DNA from: Pyrinomonadales bacterium
GTDB lineage: Bacteria > Acidobacteriota > Blastocatellia > Pyrinomonadales > Pyrinomonadaceae
Direction: 5' to 3'
DNA: 64,000 bases
Assembly: GCA_038212935.1 (NCBI GenBank)
Contig: JBBQTV010000002.1
Span: 21,004-85,003 of the forward strand
Shown here piece by piece: positions 57,009-64,000 of the stretch. The position numbers were made by a program, and so were the translations under genes. Within the stretch, counting starts at the first letter, position 1; every line of letters starts with the position of its first letter. Below the pieces are notes generated by a model. That model did not search any database and was not told the DNA's origin. It saw only the letters and a program-made list of their open reading frames with translations.

Positions 57009-57032
57009 GAGTCCTAATATGAGTCCTAATTG
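57009..57032. repeat. tandem GAGTCCTAAT(at)GAGTCCTAAT(tg) next to the tRNA
   Basis: Read directly; shares AGTCCTAAT with the palindrome at 23715..23730. Confidence 0.7.
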
Positions 57033-57097
57033 TAAAAACGAACGAATCCGACCTCCGATTCATTATCGGTAAGTGACTGAAATGATTAGGGTTAGAA

Positions 57098-57173
57098 TGG
57101 AGCCGCCCATCGGAGTCGAACCGACGACCTTTCGATTACGAATCGAATGCTCTACCAACTGAGCTAGGGCGGC
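57098..57173 (-). tRNA. tRNA-Thr (anticodon CGU)
   Basis: The reverse complement folds as a cloverleaf: GCCGCCC-TA-GCTC-AGTTGGTA-GAGC-A-TTCGA-TTCGTAA-TCGAA-AGGTC-GTCGG-TTCGACT-CCGAT-GGGCGGC-T-CCA. 76 nt, with encoded CCA. Confidence 0.9.
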
Positions 57174-57385
57174 ACTTGGTGTGGATAGTCGCCGAGATCC
57201 AGTGGGCGACTTTGCGGCGGCCGGACGGCGTCTGAAATTGCCGGATAAGCCGAACTTCAAAATATACTTCTGGCGGACGGCAGGTGTCAAGGGAACGTGG
57301 GGCCGCACGGCCTGGGCGGTTTGCAACGGCGGGGTTTGAGTGTAACATTGGACGGAATAAAGAAAACACACGTTTGATATAGCCA

Positions 57386-57928
57386 ATGGGAAACGACTTT
57401 ACGAAACGACTTAAGCAAGTTTTCGCCGGGGCCTCAATGGCCGACATTGCTCGCCGGATAGAGGTGCCGCATGCGACGATCCGCAACTATTTTCAGGGCA
57501 GGCTTCCGGCACCGGACGTTCTGATAAAGCTCGCTGATGAAACGAACGTATCTCTAAACTGGTTGTTGACCGGCAAAGGCGAGATGTATGTTCCCGGCGG
57601 GCGGCCGATCGACCTCGGCGAGATCCTGGAAGAAAGGATAGCTGCGATCGTCGACCGCAAGCTAGCCGAGCGGGCAACGGGGACGGTTCAGGACCTAGGA
57701 AGGATCGACGCTGCACCGGTTTTCGATGTCGAAGAAGCGATTCAGCGGCTCGGTGATCCGCACCTTGTCATGGGCGAGTGGTTCGCGTTTGAAGACCGCG
57801 AGTATCCGCAGGATTTTGGCCTGGTATTTTTTCAGGGTTGGGAAAGCTACAGTCCCGACGAAAAGGCGGATGCCGTGCGTGACGCGAAGAAAGTTCTCGA
57901 CCGGACCCTCCGAAATAAAAAGCCATAA
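57386..57928 (+). CDS. XRE/CI-type HTH transcriptional regulator
   Basis: ASMADIARRIEVPHATIRNYFQGRLPAPDVLIKLADETNVSLNWLLTGKG is a phage-repressor-type HTH. Confidence 0.7.
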   Translation: MGNDFTKRLKQVFAGASMADIARRIEVPHATIRNYFQGRLPAPDVLIKLADETNVSLNWLLTGKGEMYVPGGRPIDLGEILEERIAAIVDRKLAERATGTVQDLGRIDAAPVFDVEEAIQRLGDPHLVMGEWFAFEDREYPQDFGLVFFQGWESYSPDEKADAVRDAKKVLDRTLRNKKP

Positions 57929-58464
57929 TGCTTTTGGCCGTGCCGCCGTTGCCATATGTTCTATCTGTGATACCATATTGCATATACGCAACACTGAGCA
58001 CCGGAGCGTCTCTCACGATGAAATTCCTGCTAGACAAAATAGCGAAACTTAATATCGGTTGGAACGAGCGGCCGCTGACCGAAGCGGACGTGCACTTGCT
58101 TTGTCGGCGGTATAAGGTCACGGTCGAAGAACTTCCGCTGCGCGTCAGCGGGTTCTATTATTCGGTCATGGGGCGTCACTTTATTGCGGTGAACAGCAAC
58201 CTGAGACCGGACCGAAAGCTATTCGTCCTTTTTCACGAATTCGCCCACTTCCTACTGCATGCACCGGACAGCGGTGCGACCGCGAACTTTCACGGCATCG
58301 GCAAAAAGACGCGAAAGGAGATCGAGGCCGACCTTTTCGCTCTTGTTGCCTTGATCCCACAGCGGTTGCTCCTGCAGCGGTCGAGTGCGGAACTCGTTGA
58401 CGAAGGATTTGAACCGGACGATGTGCACGAGCGAACCGCGATCTTTGACCGATACGGCATTTGA
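57928..58464 (+). CDS. ImmA/IrrE-family metallopeptidase
   Basis: HEFAHFLLH (HExxH) with surrounding ImmA/IrrE-like context. TAATG overlap with the upstream XRE gene. Confidence 0.7.
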   Translation: MLLAVPPLPYVLSVIPYCIYATLSTGASLTMKFLLDKIAKLNIGWNERPLTEADVHLLCRRYKVTVEELPLRVSGFYYSVMGRHFIAVNSNLRPDRKLFVLFHEFAHFLLHAPDSGATANFHGIGKKTRKEIEADLFALVALIPQRLLLQRSSAELVDEGFEPDDVHERTAIFDRYGI

Positions 58465-58557
58465 TATATGACCGCCTTGCGCTAGATTTACTTTCGCTTA
58501 AAAGTGGCGTATAAAGTTCGTGTTCACTCACTTAGCGCAGATCTAGAGAAACACGGT

Positions 58558-59286
58558 ATGGCGGTCAACGAAGTTCTTCAGCGGCGCGTCTTTGAACGGC
58601 GATTCTTTTTCTTCGCCGCCGTTGCCTTTGCGGCTCTAATATTTCTCGGGTTCGCCCGAACATATTATCTGATGCCGGTCATGGGTGCGGCTCCGCTTCG
58701 GTGGATGGCCCATGCTCATGGCGTATTGATGACGCTGTGGGTGTTGCTTTTTGGTGCACAGGTTTTTCTGATCCGGACAAAGAATGTTCAGATGCATATG
58801 CGGACGGGCTGGGCGGCGGTCGCTCTTGCTGTGCTTATCGTACCGGTCGGCTTTTTGACCTCTGTATATGCCGCAAAATATGGTACGCCCTCCGCCCCGC
58901 CGGATATACAGCCTCTCTCGTTCATGATGATTCCGGTGACGGACCTGCTGATGTTCGTCATCTTATTTTCGGCAGCGATCTACTACCGCAAGAGCCCCGC
59001 CGAGCATAAACGGCTAATGCTTCTAACGGCTTTCAACTTCTTGCCGCCCGCCGTTGCCCGTATACCGGTCCCGGAACTGCAGGCATTTGGCCCGCTGTGG
59101 TTTCTCGGCTTTCCGGCCTTGCTCTATATCATTTCGATCATCATTGATACCGTTAAGACAGGACGGCTAAATCGTGTATTCCTCGTCGCTGGGGTGCTCT
59201 GGATCGTGGCGATGTTCGCGCGGCTTGCTGTAATGGAGAGCCGAGTCTGGCTCGGCTTTGCGGAATGGGCCGTAAACACTTTCTGA
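58558..59286 (+). CDS. integral membrane protein, unknown function
   Basis: Six or so hydrophobic helices. Start taken at ATG 58558 (MAVNEVLQ..). Confidence 0.5.
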   Translation: MAVNEVLQRRVFERRFFFFAAVAFAALIFLGFARTYYLMPVMGAAPLRWMAHAHGVLMTLWVLLFGAQVFLIRTKNVQMHMRTGWAAVALAVLIVPVGFLTSVYAAKYGTPSAPPDIQPLSFMMIPVTDLLMFVILFSAAIYYRKSPAEHKRLMLLTAFNFLPPAVARIPVPELQAFGPLWFLGFPALLYIISIIIDTVKTGRLNRVFLVAGVLWIVAMFARLAVMESRVWLGFAEWAVNTF

Positions 59287-59294
59287 CGCGTGGG

Positions 59295-60209
59295 CTAAGC
59301 TTTCGGGTGGGCTTTGTCGTAAACCTCTATCATTTTCTCCATCGAAACTTGGGTGTAGATCTGAGTCGTTGAGAGGCGTGCGTGGCCGAGCAGTTCCTGG
59401 ATGTCGCGAAGGTCCGCTCCTTGATCTAACAGGTGCGTGGCGAATGAATGCCGAAGGCTATGCGGCGAGATGTCGTGGATGTCGGCGCAATGTTTGATGT
59501 ATTTGTCGATCATGCGGCCGACGGAGCGGGTCGTAAGACGGCCACCGCGGCGGTGAAGAAAAACCGCGTTATCGTCGCGTTCTGCGGGAGAGCATTCCAT
59601 CAAGAACATCGGCCGCGTTTCCTCGAGATAAAGCATCAAGGCTTGGAGCGCGTGTTCGTGAAAGGGAACAATGCGTTCCTTTTTGCGTTTGCCGGTTACG
59701 CGGACGAGACGTTCGCGAAAGTCGATGTCGGAGAGGTTAATACCGACTAGTTCGCTGACCCTGATGCCGGTCGCATAGAGGAATTCGATGATCGCGCGGT
59801 CGCGTCGGCCGAGGTCGGTATTTATGTTCGGCGTTTCGATAAACCGGACGGCGTCTTCCATAGACAAATGATTGGGCAGCTTGCGTTCGATCCGCGGCGT
59901 GGCGACTAGCTTGGCGGGATTTGTTTCGAGCTTGCCTTCGCGGATCAGGAATTGAAAGAACGTTCGCAAGCTGGCGAGCTTGCGCGCACGTGTTGCTTTT
60001 TTTGAGCCCGATGCGTCGAGCACCGCCATCCATTCGCGAATGGTCAGGCGGTCGATCTGAGCTAGCGGTATGTCGTCACGCTTTTCGATACCGCAAACAA
60101 AGTCACGAAATTGCTCCAGGTCCGAGGCGTAGTTCCGCATCGTATGCGGGCTCATGTTCCGCTCATATGTCAGATGCTGCAGAAATTGGTCGAGAGATTC
60201 GTTGAACAT
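59295..60209 (-). CDS. xerC: tyrosine recombinase, XerC/XerD-like
   Basis: N-terminal SAM-like [23 protein letters not shown]. Catalytic blocks [24 protein letters not shown] and [15 protein letters not shown]. 304 aa. Confidence 0.85.
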   Translation of the reverse strand: MFNESLDQFLQHLTYERNMSPHTMRNYASDLEQFRDFVCGIEKRDDIPLAQIDRLTIREWMAVLDASGSKKATRARKLASLRTFFQFLIREGKLETNPAKLVATPRIERKLPNHLSMEDAVRFIETPNINTDLGRRDRAIIEFLYATGIRVSELVGINLSDIDFRERLVRVTGKRKKERIVPFHEHALQALMLYLEETRPMFLMECSPAERDDNAVFLHRRGGRLTTRSVGRMIDKYIKHCADIHDISPHSLRHSFATHLLDQGADLRDIQELLGHARLSTTQIYTQVSMEKMIEVYDKAHPKA

Positions 60210-60225
60210 TGCGGGCTGGAGGCAT

Positions 60226-61275
60226 TTATCGTCGCGGTACGTAGTAGCCGCGGCGAGTTCTAACGCTTAGGTCGGGACGGCCGGGAACGGTGAGTTCGAT
60301 GATGCGTTGCTCGCCGCGCTTTTCAGCATCGGCCTCCGGATAATAGCTGAGAATGTATTGCTGCGAAAGCTCGGCAGAGATCTGGCGAAATGCTTCATCG
60401 AGTTCGCGTTCGTCGATCGGCGAATAGACGGCTCCACCGGTCTGACGGGCGAATTCTTGCATGCGTCGTTCGGCTGCGAGCTGGCGAATGTTCGCGTTCG
60501 CGGTCCGCGAACGGGTGCGGACGAAGTTCTCAAAATCGGTCGTTTTTACGATATAGATCTGGCAGTTCCAAAGCTGCGCGGCCTGCATCGCTTTCTCAAA
60601 TGTAGTGTCGGAGACGGTGTCGTCGCCGTCCGATACAATGACGATCACGCGCCGCCCTTCGACCTCGCCGAGGTATTCGGCCGCTAGGACGATGCCGTCA
60701 AGCAACGCGGTCGCGCCGGTCGGCTGGGCGAACATCTCGATCGACCGGACCAGCGCCGAAACGTCGCGGGTGAAAGACTGTTCGAGCCGCGTTGCGGTCG
60801 CCACGCTGAAGAGTGCCGCGAGATCTTTCTCGGGCCGGATCACGCGGCGAAAGAACCGGACTGCGGCCTTCTTTTCGAATTCGCGGGCCGCCAGAACGCT
60901 AGACGAATTGTCGAAGAGCATCGCCAACCGGATCGGGGTCTCTGAGCTCGATATCTCGCCGATCTCAACCCGTTTGCCGTCTATTTTTAGTTCGAAATCG
61001 GAAAGCCTTAGGTTTGTGACCGGACGGCCGCTGGCGTCAAGAACCGCAGCCGGTATCGGTACGAGTGCTGATTCGACTCGGATGATGTCGTCGTCTTCGC
61101 TGTCTGTCGGCGTTGGTGTCGGGGTCGGCGCGGTGACAGGCGGCCGCACTTGGGTCGGAATGTAAACACCCTTGGTCCTCGGCTCAGGCGTTGGCGTTTC
61201 GGTCGGCTTCTGGCGGCCAGATTGAGCGGCGGTCGAAACCGTCAAAAATAGCAATGTGACAAGGGCGAACTTCAT
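60226..61275 (-). CDS. secreted VWA-domain protein (acidobacterial VWFA-related type)
   Basis: Signal peptide [18 protein letters not shown], then [41 protein letters not shown]...[11 protein letters not shown], which matches my recollection of TIGR03436-type proteins. Confidence 0.7.
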   Translation of the reverse strand: MKFALVTLLFLTVSTAAQSGRQKPTETPTPEPRTKGVYIPTQVRPPVTAPTPTPTPTDSEDDDIIRVESALVPIPAAVLDASGRPVTNLRLSDFELKIDGKRVEIGEISSSETPIRLAMLFDNSSSVLAAREFEKKAAVRFFRRVIRPEKDLAALFSVATATRLEQSFTRDVSALVRSIEMFAQPTGATALLDGIVLAAEYLGEVEGRRVIVIVSDGDDTVSDTTFEKAMQAAQLWNCQIYIVKTTDFENFVRTRSRTANANIRQLAAERRMQEFARQTGGAVYSPIDERELDEAFRQISAELSQQYILSYYPEADAEKRGEQRIIELTVPGRPDLSVRTRRGYYVPRR

Positions 61276-61314
61276 GGGACAAACGTTTGATTACGAAACG
61301 GCGGATTTATATGC

Positions 61315-62073
61315 CTAGGCCAAGATCAATTTTCCTCCGGCTACGACCAATACTAACGCGAGCATACGGCGAAGCGTAAGCGAATCAAAGCGTTTTGCTC
61401 CGAGGGATGACCCGATGAGGCCGCCGATGATAGCTGCACCGACCCAAAACCAGACCGCGGCGGGCAGTTCCGGTGTGCTTCTCCAGACGCCCGCGAGGCC
61501 GGCGGCTGAATTAACTAAAATAAAGAGAGCCGAAACTCCGGCCGCAGTTTTGGCCTTTGCCCAATGAAGCAGAAGCAGAACCGGCGTGAGAAAGATACCG
61601 CCGCCAACGCCCACCAGGCCGGAAACCAAGCCGAGTGAAGCACCGATAATTACCGCCATCCAGATCGGCGGATCTTTCGTCTGGTCTTCAGATTTTAGTT
61701 CGATCGCCAGCCTCGCGGCAGCCAGCACAAGAACGACGCCGAGGACGATCCCATACGCGGGAAGCGGAAGCTGCAGCGTGCCGCCGAGATATGCCATCGG
61801 GACCGACGCGGCCGCAAATGGTAAAAAGAGACGCCATGAAAAATGCCCCGCCCGGTAATATTGCACCGTTGCGATCCCGGCTACGAAAAGGTTCAGCATC
61901 AGCGCCGTCGGCCGCGTCACCTCCGGAGCCACCGCCATCAATGCCATCACCGCCAGATAACCTGACGCCCCGCCATGTCCGACCGATGAATAGAGGGTCG
62001 CGACAAGGAAGATCGCTAAGATAATAAATACCGTCGTTTCCAATGCTGAGATCCCGCCCTTTGTCGCTCTCAT
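61315..62073 (-). CDS. TauE/SafE (DUF81) family anion exporter
   Basis: Seven to eight TM helices with duplicated G-rich motifs (VGHGGASGYL.. and LVGVGGGIFLTPVLL). Confidence 0.75.
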   Translation of the reverse strand: MRATKGGISALETTVFIILAIFLVATLYSSVGHGGASGYLAVMALMAVAPEVTRPTALMLNLFVAGIATVQYYRAGHFSWRLFLPFAAASVPMAYLGGTLQLPLPAYGIVLGVVLVLAAARLAIELKSEDQTKDPPIWMAVIIGASLGLVSGLVGVGGGIFLTPVLLLLHWAKAKTAAGVSALFILVNSAAGLAGVWRSTPELPAAVWFWVGAAIIGGLIGSSLGAKRFDSLTLRRMLALVLVVAGGKLILA

Positions 62074-62102
62074 TCAGGGAGCCATTCACTTCTCGTCGCC
62101 CC

Positions 62103-63473
62103 CTAGGCGTTAATATTTATCGCCTTTGCCGACAAGTTCGCTTGCCATTCATCCCAATCTTTTAGCGCACGCTCGACCTGGACCATGTGGCGTTCGCGTT
62201 TGCGGCGATATTTTTTGCGGAGCTCCGGCGGGAGCGGTTCGAGCAAGCCGAAGGTGATGTTTACGGGCTGGAAATTCTTTGTTTCCACGTTCGAGACATA
62301 TCGGCACAAAGCTCCGATGGCGGAGGTCTGCGGGGCGGTGATCATCTCTTGGCCGCGGAGAGCGTGGACGGCGTTGATGCCGGCAAGCCAGCCGGTTGCG
62401 ACGGATTCGACGTAACCTTCGACGCCGGTTATCTGCCCGGCGAAGAATAGATGCGGGTCTTTTTTGGTCGCAAGCGATTCGTTCAGTATCTCGGGCGAAT
62501 TGATGAATGTGTTTCGGTGGATCTGGCCGAACTGCAGGAACTCGGCATTCTCCAGGCTGGGGATCAAACGAAGAATCCGTTCCTGCTCGCCGTAACGAAG
62601 GTGGTTCTGAAAGCCGACCATCCCAAAGGCGTCGGCCATCATATTCTCTTGCCGCAGTTGGACGCAGGCGTACGGCTCTTCGCCGGTCTTCGGGTAACGC
62701 AGGCCTTTCGGCTTCATCGGGCCGAAGCGAAGCGTCTCGGGTCCGCGGCGTGCGATCTCCTCGATCGGAAGACAGCTTTCGAACCAGTGAGTTTCTTCAA
62801 ATCGCTTGAGCGGAACGGACTTTGCGGCGAGCAGTTCGCTGATAAAATGCTCGTATTGCTCGCGTTCCATCGGACAATTGATGTAATCATCGCCGCCTTT
62901 GTCATACCGTGCGGCCTTAAATGCGATCGACATATCAATCGAATCCGCCGCGATAATGGGTGCGATCGCGTCGTAAAAATAAAGCTGATCGTCGCCAGTG
63001 AAACGCATGATGTCAGCGGTAAGTGCGTCGGAGGTCAGCGGCCCGGTGGCAATGATAGTTATCGGCGTGTCTCCGTTGTTCGAAGTTAGAATGTCCGAGA
63101 TCGAAGTCACTTCTTCGCGGATTACGTCGATGTTCGGGTGAGCTTCGATGCGTTGGGTGATCTTTTCGGCGAACTTAATGCGATCGACGGAGAGAGCCGC
63201 TCCGGCGGGAACTCGGGTCGCGGCCGCGACTTCCATAACCATCGACCCGCCGCGTCGCAGTTCTTCTTTCAACAGATATGGCGCTGAGCCGGGTTCGTCC
63301 GTCTTTAGCGAATTTGAGCAGACGATCTCAGCGAGTTTGTCGGTCCGATGCGCGGGCGTTTGTTGCACGGGCCGCATCTCAAACAGACGCACCTTCGCCC
63401 CACGCTCCGCCGCCTGCCACGCTGCCTCGACCCCGGCCAACCCACCGCCGATGATGTTTATTTTGTCGGTCAC
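62103..63473 (-). CDS. trmFO: methylenetetrahydrofolate--tRNA-(uracil-5-)-methyltransferase TrmFO
   Basis: INIIGGGLAGVEAAWQAAERGAKVRLFEMRP FAD motif, with length and downstream blocks (FFAGQITGVEGYVES) typical of TrmFO/Gid. Confidence 0.9.
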   Translation of the reverse strand: MTDKINIIGGGLAGVEAAWQAAERGAKVRLFEMRPVQQTPAHRTDKLAEIVCSNSLKTDEPGSAPYLLKEELRRGGSMVMEVAAATRVPAGAALSVDRIKFAEKITQRIEAHPNIDVIREEVTSISDILTSNNGDTPITIIATGPLTSDALTADIMRFTGDDQLYFYDAIAPIIAADSIDMSIAFKAARYDKGGDDYINCPMEREQYEHFISELLAAKSVPLKRFEETHWFESCLPIEEIARRGPETLRFGPMKPKGLRYPKTGEEPYACVQLRQENMMADAFGMVGFQNHLRYGEQERILRLIPSLENAEFLQFGQIHRNTFINSPEILNESLATKKDPHLFFAGQITGVEGYVESVATGWLAGINAVHALRGQEMITAPQTSAIGALCRYVSNVETKNFQPVNITFGLLEPLPPELRKKYRRKRERHMVQVERALKDWDEWQANLSAKAININA

Positions 63474-63588
63474 AATTGCATTATAGAGGAATGCAAGGGT
63501 TATTTCAGGGATGTTGATAGATTCAGAAGCGAAACTTCAGGGGAGATGGAAAAAGCGGGTGTGGGCCCGCTTCATCTGGGAGAGCTTG

Positions 63589-64000
63589 TTAGCGATTCGA
63601 CTGGCTGCGTGCCTGGTCATGGCGTTCATCCACTTTGACCTCGGTCTTGCGAGCCTTGTCGCGTACAGTTTCTTCTCGGGCTTTGACGTCCTTACTGACC
63701 TTGACCTCTTCGACGACCCGAGCTTGTTTGCCGACGACAGGAACCTCGGCATGTTCGGTGATCTCCATTTCACCGGGCCGGAAATTCTTCATGTCTTCTT
63801 TCGTCACCTTTCGGTCGACCGGACGTCGGTCAACGGTAACGTGCTCCTCGCGAAGCCTGATGCTTTCTTCGACCGGCTTTTCTACGATGCGGCTGCGTAC
63901 TTTAACGCCGCCGGTCTCGACTGTTCGTTTCCCGACATCGAGACGTTCTTCAACAATGGGGATCGTCTTGCCGCTGTTGTCACGTTCGTGTCCTTTTGCC
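63589..64000 (-). CDS. DUF2382 (YsnF/AvaK-like) domain protein, N-terminus outside the window
   Basis: The reverse frame stays open to the window edge. Repeats of the IPIVEERLDVGKRTVETGGVKVR / EMEITEHAEVPVVGKQARVVEEVKV type are present. Confidence 0.6.
   Translation of the reverse strand, partial: AKGHERDNSGKTIPIVEERLDVGKRTVETGGVKVRSRIVEKPVEESIRLREEHVTVDRRPVDRKVTKEDMKNFRPGEMEITEHAEVPVVGKQARVVEEVKVSKDVKAREETVRDKARKTEVKVDERHDQARSQSNR

Larger units (their letters stand above)
23176..57097. mobile_element. about 34-kb low-GC genomic (defence) island adjacent to the 3-prime end of tRNA-Thr; apparently immobilised
   Basis: AT-richer by eye than both flanks. Ends at the tRNA 3-prime end. Packed with defence genes, gene fragments and an orphan excisionase-type HTH. 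No integrase ORF was seen. The left boundary is approximate. Confidence 0.55.

Noticed and set aside
57063-57486. ORFs of 107 and 116 aa overlapping the tRNA-Thr gene.
   Set aside because: They run through a canonical tRNA and its flanks, so they are artefacts of ORF calling.
59295-60209. XerC-like recombinase as the integrase of the 34-kb island.
   Set aside because: It lies on the 5-prime side of the tRNA, 2 kb away and outside the low-GC segment. It has the length and motifs of a housekeeping XerC/XerD.

Overview
By gene content this looks like an Acidobacteriota-type chromosome segment (acidobacterial VWFA-type protein, CarboxypepD_reg-TonB receptor, giant FG-GAP and lamin-tail proteins); this is inference only. 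It falls into three parts.

(1) 1-23.2 kb. A few small accessory genes come first. A phosphate-scavenging and lipid-remodelling neighbourhood follows: a PhoX-like phosphatase, a TonB-dependent receptor, a btaA/btaB-like betaine-lipid pair and a PHP phosphoesterase. A four-fold 11-bp-phased direct repeat resembling a Pho box lies in the divergent promoter. Two HTH-plus-giant-secreted-protein modules complete this part, the second giant being an extracellular nuclease.

(2) About 23.2-57.1 kb. This is a visibly lower-GC island abutting the 3-prime end of tRNA-Thr(CGU). No integrase is detectable, and the island contains several gene fragments.
- Its core is a run of 13 co-directional minus-strand genes: RmuC, a type I Zorya system (zorABCD), and a type I R-M system. 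The R-M operon is interrupted by a SIR2-like gene, an AbiJ-like HEPN gene and an AlbA_2/HATPase gene, with a leftover hsdR 5-prime remnant. Next come an uncharacterised PD-(D/E)xK-like protein translationally coupled to hsdR, and a DUF262/DUF1524 (GmrSD-like) enzyme.
- A separate plus-strand group encodes an SH3b-papain-like hydrolase, a polytopic-membrane patatin phospholipase and a metallophosphoesterase with an unknown N-domain. I do not recognise this group as any named system, and it is my top candidate for something new.

(3) 57.1-64 kb. Core-like genes: an XRE/ImmA pair, XerC-like recombinase, VWA protein, TauE/SafE, TrmFO and a DUF2382 protein.

All family calls rest on motifs read by eye. 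No searches were run.
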